A stretch of 64,000 nucleotides of DNA from Phycisphaerales bacterium. Its GTDB lineage: Bacteria > Planctomycetota > Phycisphaerae > Phycisphaerales > UBA1924. This document shows positions 1 through 9,403 of the stretch, one piece after another. Under the pieces are notes generated by a model, which had not been told where the DNA came from, did no database searches, and saw nothing but the letters and a program-made list of their open reading frames with translations. Positions within the stretch are counted from its first letter, which is position 1, and every line of letters starts with the position of its first letter. The translations under genes and the position numbers were made by a program. The stretch is taken from the NCBI GenBank assembly GCA_965227775.1, contig OZ245777.1:3168001-3232000 (forward strand), in the 5' to 3' direction.

Positions 1-2
1 AT

Positions 3-377
3 GAAGCGGAAGACGGCTGGGTCGACATCGGTGAGCCGCATGACATTCCGGACAAGCGAGCCCGCGTGGTGTGCTTGGGTGCCGGCCAACGGGTGGCGGT
101 CTTCCGAGATGGCGACCGGCTCTCGGCCTTGAGCAACGTGTGTGCGCACCAGGGTGGGCCTCTGGGCGAGGGTGAGATCATCGACGGGTGTGCCACCTGC
201 CCGTGGCACGGGTACCAATACCACACCGAGAACGGCCAGAGCCCGCCACCCTACACCGAGAAGATCCCGACGTACGAGCTCCGCGTACGGGGCGGGCGTG
301 TCGAGGTGAATCCGACACCGAACGAGCCCGGCATCCCCACCACGCCCGTGTCGATCTCACAAGGGGGTGGCGCGTGA
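3..377 (+). CDS. Rieske [2Fe-2S] domain protein, C-terminal part (5' end lies outside the window)
   Basis: Rieske ligand motifs CAHQGG and CPWHG. The frame is open back to position 3 (EAEDGWVDIG...), so the true start is upstream. Confidence 0.85.
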   Translation, partial: EAEDGWVDIGEPHDIPDKRARVVCLGAGQRVAVFRDGDRLSALSNVCAHQGGPLGEGEIIDGCATCPWHGYQYHTENGQSPPPYTEKIPTYELRVRGGRVEVNPTPNEPGIPTTPVSISQGGGA

Positions 378-1093
378 GCGAGCGAACTGGTATCTACGTC
401 ATCTACCGACCGCTGCCAGCGGCGTTGTTCACGCTCGTGCTCGCTGTGGTTGGCGGGCTGGCGGGCCTGATGCTCGGCACGGCGGCGGCATCCGCGTTCG
501 GCCAGCGAGACCCTGGGCCCGGCGTGTGGGATACGTCCAGCGCGATCACGCTCACAGGCACCATCGTCGCAGAGCCCTACCCCATGCTGCTGCCCGACGA
601 CGGTTCGGCCGGCGTGCTGCTCGTGGGCGTGGGCAAGATTGGACCGCCACAAGACGTGCTCGACAGAGTCGGCGCTGTCGCGAGCATCACCGGGTATCGC
701 CTCGAACGCGACGGCATGCGGATGATCGAGGTGCAATCGGCGAGCGACGCACGTGCTACGAGCACGATGGGCGCACGGCCGCGGGCTGAGCGCGGCTCGC
801 ACGAGATCGCGACGGAGATCCTCGACAGCAAGTGCTACATGGGCGCCATGAAGCCGGGCAGCGGCGCTGGGCATCGGGCGTGCGCCATCCTGTGCGTGCG
901 CGGCGGCATACCGCCCATGATCTCGTGGCGGGACGAAGCTGGTGTGGCGCACTATGCGCTGCTGACAAGCGCGGACGGCCAGCCGATGCGTGACGAGGAC
1001 ACAAGCCTCATCGGCGAGCCGGTTGTCGTGAGCGGCACGCTCACGACACGTGATGGCTGGCTCTGGATGGCGGCGGACCGGATCGAGCGGTGA
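374..1093 (+). CDS. Membrane-anchored hypothetical protein with a Cys/His motif, coupled to the Rieske gene
   Basis: GTG start overlaps the Rieske TGA (GTGA). One N-terminal TM helix and the motif CYMGAMKPGSGAGHRACAILCVRGGIPP. Confidence 0.7.
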   Translation: MSERTGIYVIYRPLPAALFTLVLAVVGGLAGLMLGTAAASAFGQRDPGPGVWDTSSAITLTGTIVAEPYPMLLPDDGSAGVLLVGVGKIGPPQDVLDRVGAVASITGYRLERDGMRMIEVQSASDARATSTMGARPRAERGSHEIATEILDSKCYMGAMKPGSGAGHRACAILCVRGGIPPMISWRDEAGVAHYALLTSADGQPMRDEDTSLIGEPVVVSGTLTTRDGWLWMAADRIER

Positions 1094-1114
1094 CCGAGTT
1101 CGGGGCGTCGCGGG

Positions 1115-1759
1115 CTACTCGTCCTTGCCACCCTGCCCCAGCCCAAAGGCCGAGCCGACCGCCAGCAGGATCCAGATGGCGTCGTAGCCGCTGAGGAAGT
1201 TCTCGCCGCTCATGCTGGCGTACTCGGCCTCGGCCAAGGCAACGTTCTCTTCGTGCTGCTTTCGGAATCCCTCCCGAGCGGCCTGCTGGTGCTCGGGGGT
1301 TTGATCGTCCCAGTACTCGAGCGTGGCGGCCCAGAGGTCCGGCGGGTAATCCTCTTCACGCCAGCGATACCACTGGTTCTCTGGCAGTTCGGGCCAATCG
1401 ATGTGGTATCCCTCTTCCTCCCAGTGCTCGACGACCTGATCGGCCACATAGCACATAAGGATCTCGTTGTTGAACTCCGAAGCCATCGCGAGATCGGCGT
1501 CGTTCTGGTAGAGCAGCTCGACGACGGTCAGCTTGCCAGCACCGACCGCCGCGATCGCGACCACCGCCGCGACGATGCCCGAGCCCGTGCTTGCTCCGCC
1601 GCCAACAAGGTTGGCCCCCACCATCGCACCAAGGCCGGCGAGCACGCCGACGCCCCAGGCGATCCAGCCGACTTCGTACCCTGTGTAGTACCCGACGGCC
1701 GCCCAGACTGCTGCCCCGACCGCTCCACCGATCAGCGACCCGATGAATGCTCCGATCAT
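1115..1759 (-). CDS. Hypothetical membrane protein
   Basis: AAGGAG RBS 8 nt before ATG 1759. Gly-rich TM helices flank an acidic soluble domain. Confidence 0.7.
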   Translation of the reverse strand: MIGAFIGSLIGGAVGAAVWAAVGYYTGYEVGWIAWGVGVLAGLGAMVGANLVGGGASTGSGIVAAVVAIAAVGAGKLTVVELLYQNDADLAMASEFNNEILMCYVADQVVEHWEEEGYHIDWPELPENQWYRWREEDYPPDLWAATLEYWDDQTPEHQQAAREGFRKQHEENVALAEAEYASMSGENFLSGYDAIWILLAVGSAFGLGQGGKDE

Positions 1760-1850
1760 GCCGCCCACTCCTTCTCACAGCCGCGCCGAGTAGGCGCTGC
1801 CCCAATGACCCAGTGCGGCGGGTTCCCCGCCGCCGCACGTGCAATCTAAC

Positions 1851-1881
1851 GAAAATGAACTTGCATTGCAAGTTCATTTTC
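1851..1881. promoter_or_regulatory. Perfect 15-1-15 AT-rich palindrome (possible operator or hairpin)
   Basis: GAAAATGAACTTGCA-T-TGCAAGTTCATTTTC, read directly. Function is inferred. Confidence 0.55.
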
Positions 1882-1929
1882 ATGGTTCACCAGAATGAGG
1901 GAAGGGACATTGCTAGTCAGCCCTGCTGC

Positions 1930-3363
1930 TTACGCCCCGCACCCAGCATCGAAGGCGTTCTGGAACGCCAGGAAGTCGAAGATTGTGAGGGAGCCGTCGC
2001 CGTCGAAGTCGGCGGCCGGGTCACCGGCGTCGAACAGGTTCTGGAAGCCGAGAAAGTCGAAGATGGTCAGCAGGCAGTCGCCGTCGATGTCGGGGCGGCA
2101 CCCGCTGACGGTGAGCGCGTAGAGGGCGCCGGTGTTGAGCGTGCCCGGGACCGGATCGCCGCTGTTGGCCGAGGGGGCGCCAGCCAGCACTCGCAACCCG
2201 CTCGGGCTCTGGTACAAAGCCGAAGCGGTGCCAAACAGGCCGAACGGGATGGCATCGGCGGGCCGGATGATGGAGGTCTGGATGGGGTTCGTCGGGTCGC
2301 TGATATCGAACGCGTAGGCCGTCCCGGCGAGCGTGGTCTCTCCCGAGCGGGCACCGACAAGCAGCATGTCTTCGGTGAGCGAAACCGAGACGCCGAAGTC
2401 TCCGACCCCGATGGGATCGCTCGGGAGCACCTTGGACAGCTGCACCGGGTTGGCCCGATCGCTTACGTCATACAGGTAGACCGAGCCGTTGCTGCCGTCG
2501 GGATTGGCGGTGTCCGAGGCGATGGCGGCCACGGCGACGTCGCCTTCGATCAACAGATCGACGGCAAAGCCGAAGTTGTTGCCAGCCGTCGCGTCGGCGG
2601 GCACGATCTTGGCGGTCTCCATGCCGGACTCGATGTCAAAGAGATACGCCGAGCCGGAGCTTGCGCCCATGTCGTCGTTGCCGATCGCGCCAATGAGCGC
2701 GTAGCCCACCTCGCCAGCCGTCACGCCTCCGCCGTCGATCGCGATCGAGCTGCCAAAGCGGTCGACGGCAGCCGCATCGGACGCGGTCAGCTTGAACCGC
2801 TCGACGGCATCGAGGCCCACGATCTCAAACACGTAGACAGCCCCAGTTGAACTGCTCTTGTCCGACGCACCCACGACCGCACGATCGAAGTCGATGTCGA
2901 CGGCGCCGCCGAAGAGGTCGAGACCTCGGCCATCACTGGCGGTCAGCTTGTCGAGCTGGGCGCCAGTAGAGCGAAGAAAGAGGTAGGCCGCGCCAGCAGC
3001 CGGGCCCAACTCGTTCTCGAACGGCGCCCCCACGAGCGCGAGCGCGTTGTCGGCTGCCACGTCCGAACCGAACTGGTCGCCGTTTTCGCCATCATCTGAC
3101 GCCAGCGTGAACTGCAGCTGGGGCACGGTCGGGTTGATCGCGTAGATAAACGCCCGGCCAGCGCCATCGGCGCCGCCGATTGGTGCTCCCACGACACCAA
3201 AGCCGGCGGCAGCGGCATCGAACGACGCCCCGAATTCATCATCGGTGACGACGGAGGCCGGTGTGACTTTGGCGTCTTCGCTGCTGCACTGGGTCTGGCC
3301 GTGGGCCGCAACGGCAAGTCCGGCTACGGCGGCAAGGCTGGCGACGAGTCTGGCGTGGTGCAT
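1930..3363 (-). CDS. Secreted FG-GAP repeat (beta-propeller) protein with C-terminal GC-type dockerin anchor
   Basis: Signal peptide MHHARLVASLAAVAGLAVAAHG, repeated D-x-FG-x-x-V-x-x...VGA units, and C-terminus DIDGDCLLTIFDFLGFQNLFDAGDPAADFDGDGSLTIFDFLAFQNAFDAGC. AGGAG RBS upstream. Confidence 0.85.
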   Translation of the reverse strand: MHHARLVASLAAVAGLAVAAHGQTQCSSEDAKVTPASVVTDDEFGASFDAAAAGFGVVGAPIGGADGAGRAFIYAINPTVPQLQFTLASDDGENGDQFGSDVAADNALALVGAPFENELGPAAGAAYLFLRSTGAQLDKLTASDGRGLDLFGGAVDIDFDRAVVGASDKSSSTGAVYVFEIVGLDAVERFKLTASDAAAVDRFGSSIAIDGGGVTAGEVGYALIGAIGNDDMGASSGSAYLFDIESGMETAKIVPADATAGNNFGFAVDLLIEGDVAVAAIASDTANPDGSNGSVYLYDVSDRANPVQLSKVLPSDPIGVGDFGVSVSLTEDMLLVGARSGETTLAGTAYAFDISDPTNPIQTSIIRPADAIPFGLFGTASALYQSPSGLRVLAGAPSANSGDPVPGTLNTGALYALTVSGCRPDIDGDCLLTIFDFLGFQNLFDAGDPAADFDGDGSLTIFDFLAFQNAFDAGCGA

Positions 3364-3598
3364 TGGCTCTCTCCTGTGTGTTGGTTCACTCTCCTGACAG
3401 GTTTTAAGCCCATGCGGGAAACCGGGCAAGACGACGCAGCCGTTCGAGCGCCAATTGTGTTCGGACGCCATGCCAGCCTCGCCTGCCTTGCCCAGCTTGC
3501 TGGAGCCGCGAGCGGTCCGCGACCGATTCGGAGAGCTATCCTGCAACGCACGGAAGCACGCAACCGGCCCGGCCGGGCCTATGCCACCATGGAGGGGC

Positions 3599-5551
3599 AT
3601 GTTGGCGACGAAGAAGACTCCCAGCAAGCCAGCCAGCAGGTCTCGCGCGACCGCCGAAACGATGGCGGGCAAGCAGCGCGACATCTCGGTCAGTGAGTTT
3701 TTTGCGAAGAACCGCCACCTGCTGGGCTTCGACAACCCCCGAAAGGCCCTCCTGACCACCGTCAAGGAGGCCGTCGACAACGCGCTGGACGCCTGCGAAG
3801 AGGCGGGCATCCTGCCGGACATCGAGGTGCTGATCGAGGAGCTCACGGCCCCGCCGAGCCCGAGCAAGCCCGGGCGGTACGCCGTCACCATCACCGACAA
3901 CGGGCCGGGCATCGTGCGCAAGCAGGTGGAGAACATCTTCGGGCGGCTGCTCTACGGCAGCAAGTTCCACCGCATGAAGATGAGCCGCGGGCAGCAGGGC
4001 ATCGGCATCAGCGCGGCTGGCATGTATGGACTGATGACCACGGGCAAGCCAATGGTCATCACCACCAAGCCCGGCAAGCGAAAGGCGGCGCACCACCTCG
4101 AGCTGGCGATGGACACCACGAAGAACAAGCCCGAGGTGACCATCGACGTCGAGACCGACGACTTTCCAGAGACTTCCAGCGGCACGGGCACGCGCGTGCG
4201 CATCGAGATGGAGGCCCGCTACCAGCGCGGCAAGACCAGCGTCGAGGCGTACCTCGAGCAAACGGCCATCGCGAACCCGCACGCGCAGATCACGTTCATC
4301 CCACCCGAGAAGGCTGCCGGTGGCCCGGCTCTGGAGGTCGAAGAGGTCTCGACCGAGCTCAGCCATACGACCGAGCTCGCCGATCGCTACATCTTCCCGC
4401 GCGCCGTTGAGGAGCTGCCGCCCGAGACCGAGGAGATCAAGCCGCACCCATATGGCGTCGAGCTCGGCAACTTCCTGCGAATGCTCAAGGGCACGAATGA
4501 GAAGCAGCTCACCGGCTTCTTCAAGAACGAGTTCAGCCGCGTGCCGCCGGCGATCGTGAAGGACATCACGGGCAAGGCGTCGGTGAAGGGCGGCAAGACG
4601 CTGACGGGGCAGACGTACGTCAAGACCGTGGACCACGACGCGGCCGAGCGGTTGTACCGCGCGCTGCAGGACAGCAAACTGCGGGCACCGCCGACCGACT
4701 GTCTCGCCCCCATCGGCGTGCGGCAGATGCTCAGCGGCCTACTCAAGGGCGTGAAGGCGGAGTTCTACGCGGCTAGCACGCGCGACCCGGCGGTGTATCG
4801 CGGCAACCCGTTCCAGATCGAAGCGGCCATCGCCTTCGGCGGCGACCTGCCGGGCGACGAATCGGCCCGCGTCATCCGCTTCGCCAACCGCGTGCCGCTG
4901 CTGTACCAACAATCCGCGTGCTGCTCGTTCAAGGCCGTCGTCGAAACGGGCTGGAAGAACTACAGCCTCAGCCAGCCACGCGGGGCGCTGCCTGTGGGCC
5001 CGATGGTCATCATGGTGCACATGGCCAGCGTGTGGGTGCCGTTTACCTCCGAGTCGAAAGAGGCGATCGCCGACTACGACGAGATCCGCAAGGAGATGCG
5101 GCTGGCGCTCCAAGAGTGCGGCCGCAAGTTGGGGACGTACCTCCGCCGCCGCCAGAAGATGCGCCGCGAGGGCCAGCGGCGGGACGTCTTCGCCCGCTAT
5201 ATCGCCGAGATCGCGCGCTCGACCGCGGCGCTGACGGGCGAGGACGAGGGCGCGCTGCTCGGCGCGCTGCTCGAGCAAGCCCAGGCCCGGACCGCCATCG
5301 CCGACGCCGAACTCGACGAAGACGGCAACTTCGTGAAGAAGGAGAAGGCGGCCGAAGACGACGGCGTGATCATCGTCGACAACGACGCACGGCCGTCGCA
5401 GGTGGAGGCGAAGTCGAACGGCCAGGCACCGAAAGCCGCCGAGTCCAACGCGGGCCGCGGCCTGTTCGGGGATGAAGAGGAGAGCGTGTCAGTACGTCGG
5501 AAGAAGAGCGGCAAAAAGGTCGGCAAGAAGAAGCGTGTGAGTCGGAAATGA
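3599..5551 (+). CDS. top6B: DNA topoisomerase VI subunit B
   Basis: GHKL motifs SVSEFFAKNRHLLGFDN, KEAVDNALDA, DNGPGI and SRGQQGIGIS, plus transducer RFANRVPL and VPFTSESKEAIA. The start is ATG 3599 or TTG 3602, after GGAGG. Confidence 0.95.
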   Translation: MLATKKTPSKPASRSRATAETMAGKQRDISVSEFFAKNRHLLGFDNPRKALLTTVKEAVDNALDACEEAGILPDIEVLIEELTAPPSPSKPGRYAVTITDNGPGIVRKQVENIFGRLLYGSKFHRMKMSRGQQGIGISAAGMYGLMTTGKPMVITTKPGKRKAAHHLELAMDTTKNKPEVTIDVETDDFPETSSGTGTRVRIEMEARYQRGKTSVEAYLEQTAIANPHAQITFIPPEKAAGGPALEVEEVSTELSHTTELADRYIFPRAVEELPPETEEIKPHPYGVELGNFLRMLKGTNEKQLTGFFKNEFSRVPPAIVKDITGKASVKGGKTLTGQTYVKTVDHDAAERLYRALQDSKLRAPPTDCLAPIGVRQMLSGLLKGVKAEFYAASTRDPAVYRGNPFQIEAAIAFGGDLPGDESARVIRFANRVPLLYQQSACCSFKAVVETGWKNYSLSQPRGALPVGPMVIMVHMASVWVPFTSESKEAIADYDEIRKEMRLALQECGRKLGTYLRRRQKMRREGQRRDVFARYIAEIARSTAALTGEDEGALLGALLEQAQARTAIADAELDEDGNFVKKEKAAEDDGVIIVDNDARPSQVEAKSNGQAPKAAESNAGRGLFGDEEESVSVRRKKSGKKVGKKKRVSRK

Positions 5552-6000
5552 TGATGACTGACGCGAACTTGCGACCTTCCGGCCCGATTCCCAGCTTCAA
5601 CGCATCGTTGGAGTTGCGATTCAAGAATGGCATTGGTGTGATCCGAGCGGGTGGCGTTGACCTTTTCAGTTGCGACGGGCGTCAATTCGACATACCGATT
5701 CGGAGATACAGCAACGTCCGCGTCGGGCGGGATGGCGTGGCAACCGTTGAAGAATCCGGGTCGCGCACGTGTTTTCTCGTACTGATGCGTCCGAACGCCT
5801 CATCCCGGGAAGATGTTGACCAAGTTGTACCCATCTGCCAGTTCAGACACTCTGCGAGGGAGTCTGATCTTCTCGAGAACTTCTGCGCTGCCGCGTCGCT
5901 TCGCTGGTACGGCCACACGAGTGCGATGTTTGCGGATGAGGCATCGCTTCGAGTCATTCTGGCGGAGAAACTACTGACCTTTAGCACGGACCAGGGTTGA
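5548..6000 (+). CDS. Hypothetical protein inserted between top6B and top6A
   Basis: 150-aa ORF. Its ATG overlaps the top6B stop and it ends 4 nt before top6A. Codon usage is visibly less GC-biased than the flanks. Confidence 0.55.
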   Translation: MMMTDANLRPSGPIPSFNASLELRFKNGIGVIRAGGVDLFSCDGRQFDIPIRRYSNVRVGRDGVATVEESGSRTCFLVLMRPNASSREDVDQVVPICQFRHSARESDLLENFCAAASLRWYGHTSAMFADEASLRVILAEKLLTFSTDQG

Positions 6001-6004
6001 ACGA

Positions 6005-7174
6005 ATGGCCAAGAAGACCACCAAGAAAGTCCGCTCCGCCCCGCGTAAGCGCTCGACCGAGGCGAAGGAGCGAGACGCCAAGACTCAAGAGTCGCTCAAG
6101 GCGTTGGCCGGTGGCATCGCCAAGAGTGCGCTCTCGGGCGTCGAGCCGACGTTCGACGTGCCCACGCGTTCGTCGAGCAATACGACGTGGAACAAGAAGC
6201 GCGGCATCCTGCAGATGGGCAGCGCGGCCAGCACGCGGCAGATTTTCAACCTGGGCCAGGCCCGCAAGTTCATGCAGAGCCTGCGGCACGCCCACGGCAT
6301 CAGCCGCCTCATCGACCAGGACAAGACGACCAGCCTCCGCGGCATGTTCTACACCGGGCTTGGCGACGTGCACGACGCCGGCGGCAAAAAGACCGGCGAG
6401 AAGACCTTCGACGACCAGACCGAGAGCGACGCGATCCTCGAGGACCTGGAAGTCACGCTCGGTGCACTTCGCGAAGAGCTGCACATCTTCGCCAAGAAGC
6501 GCGGCGCGATGGTCGGCAACATCACCATCGAGGACAGCGGCGACACCATCGACTGCCGCAAGATGGGCAGCGGCGGGTACGCGATCCCAAGCATCTGCGA
6601 ACCTGACCGCGTGAAGTTCGGCAGGTGCGAGGCCGACTTCGTGCTGCACGTCGAGAAGGACACCGTGTGGCAGCGCTTCAACGAGGACCGCTTCTGGAAG
6701 ACGCACAACTGCATCCTGACCGAGGGCAGCGGCCAGCCCCCCCGCGGCGTGCGCCGCCTGCTGCATCGGCTGAACAAGGAACTCGGCCTTCCGATCATCT
6801 GCCTGCTCGATTGCGATCCGTGGGGGCACTACATCTACAGCGTTATCAAGCAGGGCAGCATCTCGCTCGCGTTCGAGAGCGAGCGCCTCGCCATTCCCGA
6901 GGCGAAGTTCCTTGGTATCCGCTCGAACGACTTCGAGCGCTGCAACCTGAGTGAGAGCGTCCAGATCTCGCTGAACGAACGCGACACCGCTCGCGCGAAG
7001 CAGATCGCCGCCTACCCGTGGTTCAAGGACCACAAGGGCTGGCAGAAGGAGATCAGTAAGCTACTCAAGAACGGGTTCAAGCTGGAGGTCGAGGCGCTGA
7101 TCAACATCGACATCAGCTACGTGACCGAGACGTACGTGCCCGAGCGGTTGGCGGCGGAGGATTGGTTGGATTGA
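6005..7174 (+). CDS. top6A: DNA topoisomerase VI subunit A (Spo11-like)
   Basis: TSLRGMFY (catalytic Tyr region), DQTESD, TOPRIM motifs VEKDTV and LDCDPWG, and KLEVEAL. Confidence 0.95.
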   Translation: MAKKTTKKVRSAPRKRSTEAKERDAKTQESLKALAGGIAKSALSGVEPTFDVPTRSSSNTTWNKKRGILQMGSAASTRQIFNLGQARKFMQSLRHAHGISRLIDQDKTTSLRGMFYTGLGDVHDAGGKKTGEKTFDDQTESDAILEDLEVTLGALREELHIFAKKRGAMVGNITIEDSGDTIDCRKMGSGGYAIPSICEPDRVKFGRCEADFVLHVEKDTVWQRFNEDRFWKTHNCILTEGSGQPPRGVRRLLHRLNKELGLPIICLLDCDPWGHYIYSVIKQGSISLAFESERLAIPEAKFLGIRSNDFERCNLSESVQISLNERDTARAKQIAAYPWFKDHKGWQKEISKLLKNGFKLEVEALINIDISYVTETYVPERLAAEDWLD

Positions 7175-7192
7175 GACTTGAGGCGGGCCCGA

Positions 7193-7804
7193 ATGTTCAA
7201 GAGGCGCACTAACACGCCAGAAGCGTTCTGGAAATGGTTCACGAAGACTGATCGGCTCGGGACCGATGGGCGCGCGTTGGTGAATCAAGTCGGGCGCAGG
7301 TTGAAGGACATGCATCCGTCCCTCACCTTGGAAGTGTCCGTAGGCCAGGCTCCTCGCCACTTGATCATCAGCGCCGATGGCATCCGCGAAGCTGCGAATT
7401 TCGTTGACGCCATTGTTGATGCGGCTCCACCCATGCCAGGCTGGAACATCACCCGCTTTTGCCCACGGAGGAACGTTGGCGATAATCACGTGCTCAATTA
7501 CGAAGATGTGGACTACGACCTCAGCACGATGCGTGTGGGCGCAGTAGCAAGTGGACCGCTCGTCGACCTGCATGTGTTCGTCCCATGGCGTGAGGACGTT
7601 GGCAACCGAGCCCCAGATGGCCCCACTTTTATCGCATTAGACACGACGTTGGGCGAATGGATAGTCATGATGTGTATTGGCGAAATTATTGTGCGGCCGC
7701 TCGCGCACGCTCCAAAGCAGACGGTGCCGCTAGACAGGGCTCATGAACTGGTCAATGCGATCTTGGAATCCCAGTCCGGTGGGACTGAATCGCCGGGACA
7801 TTGA
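7193..7804 (+). CDS. Hypothetical protein (FWKWF...LIISADG type)
   Basis: ORF directly after top6A with globular composition. No function recognised. Confidence 0.65.
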   Translation: MFKRRTNTPEAFWKWFTKTDRLGTDGRALVNQVGRRLKDMHPSLTLEVSVGQAPRHLIISADGIREAANFVDAIVDAAPPMPGWNITRFCPRRNVGDNHVLNYEDVDYDLSTMRVGAVASGPLVDLHVFVPWREDVGNRAPDGPTFIALDTTLGEWIVMMCIGEIIVRPLAHAPKQTVPLDRAHELVNAILESQSGGTESPGH

Positions 7805-8866
7805 TTATTGACGCCAGTCAATCACGATCTTCCCCAACTGCTCCTGCGCCTCCAGCCGCTCGTACGCCGCGCGGCCGTCGCTGGCCTTGAAGACCTGATC
7901 GACCACGGGCCTGAGCGAACCGGCTTTGAACAGGCTCGCGACCTCGCGGAACTCGGCGGGCGTGCCCATGGTCGAGCCGAGGATGCGCAGCTGGTTCCAG
8001 AAGATGCGGGCGAGATCGGTAGTGGCGTCGGGGCCGGTCGTGCAGCCGGGGGAGACGTACGCGCCACCTCGGGCGAGGCTCTTGATGCAGCTCAGGTGGG
8101 TGGCCTTGCCGATGCTGTCGACGGCCATGTCGACGCCGCGCTTGCCGGTCCATGCTCGAATGTCGCGCGACCAGTCTTCGCCTTTGTCCAGCACGCCGTG
8201 GTCGGCGCCCATCTCCAGGGCCTTGTCGATCTTCCACTGGTGGCGGCTGGTGACGACGACGGGGCAGCCAAAGTGCTTGGCGATCTGCATCGCACTCGTC
8301 GCGACGCCGCCACCGATGCCTGTGACGAGCACGCTCTGCCCGGCTCGCAGCCCTCCCTTGGTGACCATCATGCTCCAGGCGGTGAGCGCGGTCAGGCCGA
8401 ACGCGGCGGCTTGCACGGGGTCGATGTCGCACGAATCATCGGGCCCGAGATCAGCCAGGTGCGTGGCCGGTGCATGGAAGAACTGTCGGTGCATGCCGTT
8501 GTGGTGCTCGCCGATGAGCTCGTAGTCGGGCGCGAGCGTGCTGCCGGGCGGGTCGGTAGGTCGCTCGCGTGGCGGCACCTCGACCGCGGCGTTGACGATC
8601 ACGCGCCGTCCAACCCACGACGCGTCGACGCCCTCCCCCACTTCCTCGACCACCGCGCACGCATCGCACCCACTCACGCGCGGCCACGTCAGATCAACGC
8701 CGGGGATGCCCATACCCACCCAGAGGTCCATGTGGTTGAGCGCGCTGCACAGCGTGCGCAGCTTCGCGTGCCCCTGCGGCGTGGGCTCGAGGTCGGGCCA
8801 GTCGGTCTGGTAGTCGATGTTTGGGGCGACGGTCTTAGACTGTTTGGTGCAGACGAGGGCGTTCAT
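7805..8866 (-). CDS. Zinc-binding (MDR family) dehydrogenase / quinone oxidoreductase-like
   Basis: ALNHMDLW, Rossmann motif VTGIGGGVA, ILGSTMG and C-terminal GKIVI. Confidence 0.9.
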   Translation of the reverse strand: MNALVCTKQSKTVAPNIDYQTDWPDLEPTPQGHAKLRTLCSALNHMDLWVGMGIPGVDLTWPRVSGCDACAVVEEVGEGVDASWVGRRVIVNAAVEVPPRERPTDPPGSTLAPDYELIGEHHNGMHRQFFHAPATHLADLGPDDSCDIDPVQAAAFGLTALTAWSMMVTKGGLRAGQSVLVTGIGGGVATSAMQIAKHFGCPVVVTSRHQWKIDKALEMGADHGVLDKGEDWSRDIRAWTGKRGVDMAVDSIGKATHLSCIKSLARGGAYVSPGCTTGPDATTDLARIFWNQLRILGSTMGTPAEFREVASLFKAGSLRPVVDQVFKASDGRAAYERLEAQEQLGKIVIDWRQ

Positions 8867-8886
8867 GGGGCAGGGTAGCGCGCACG

Positions 8887-8910
8887 AAAAAGCCGACCCT
8901 TCGGCCGGCT
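8887..8910 (-). terminator. Intrinsic terminator after rplS
   Basis: Minus strand reads AGCCGGCC-GAAG-GGTCGGCT followed by a T run. Confidence 0.75.
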
Positions 8911-8935
8911 CTTCGATCTCTTCTCAGCCGTCCGA

Positions 8936-9346
8936 TTACTTGTGGACGGTCTTCAGTCCCTCGACGTGCTTCATGCCACGGCGGCGGTCGCGGAGGCGGC
9001 GCTTCTTGCCGACGCGGTCGCGGAGGAAGTAGAGCTTGGCGCGGCGGGCGTCGGCGCGACGCACGACCTCGAACTTGGCAATGAGCGGGCTATTCAGCGG
9101 CCAGGTACGCTCGATGCCGATGTCATCGACCACGCGGCGAACGGTGATGCTCTCGTTGACGCCGCGGCCCTTGCGACCGATGATGACGCCCGTGTAGACC
9201 TGCGTGCGCTCGCGCTCGCCTTCGACGATGCGGACGTGCACCTGGACGGTGTCGCCGATGTCCATGCGGGGGACGTCGGTCTTCACATGGTCCTGGGCGA
9301 TCGATTCCAGGATGGCCTGTTGGCTCTTGGGGTTGGAAAGCGACAT
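8936..9346 (-). CDS. rplS: 50S ribosomal protein L19
   Basis: GDTVQVHVRIVEGERERTQVYTGVII and RRAKLYFLRDR. GGAG RBS before ATG 9346. Confidence 0.97.
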   Translation of the reverse strand: MSLSNPKSQQAILESIAQDHVKTDVPRMDIGDTVQVHVRIVEGERERTQVYTGVIIGRKGRGVNESITVRRVVDDIGIERTWPLNSPLIAKFEVVRRADARRAKLYFLRDRVGKKRRLRDRRRGMKHVEGLKTVHK

Positions 9347-9403
9347 CGAGGGCACTCCAGCGATCAATAGACAGATCCGCCGCGAACGAGGCGGGTCGAG
9401 ATG

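Noticed and set aside
1930..3936. 668-aa version of the FG-GAP ORF overlapping top6B
   Set aside because: The signal peptide and RBS place the start at 3363. The extension is antisense to top6B.
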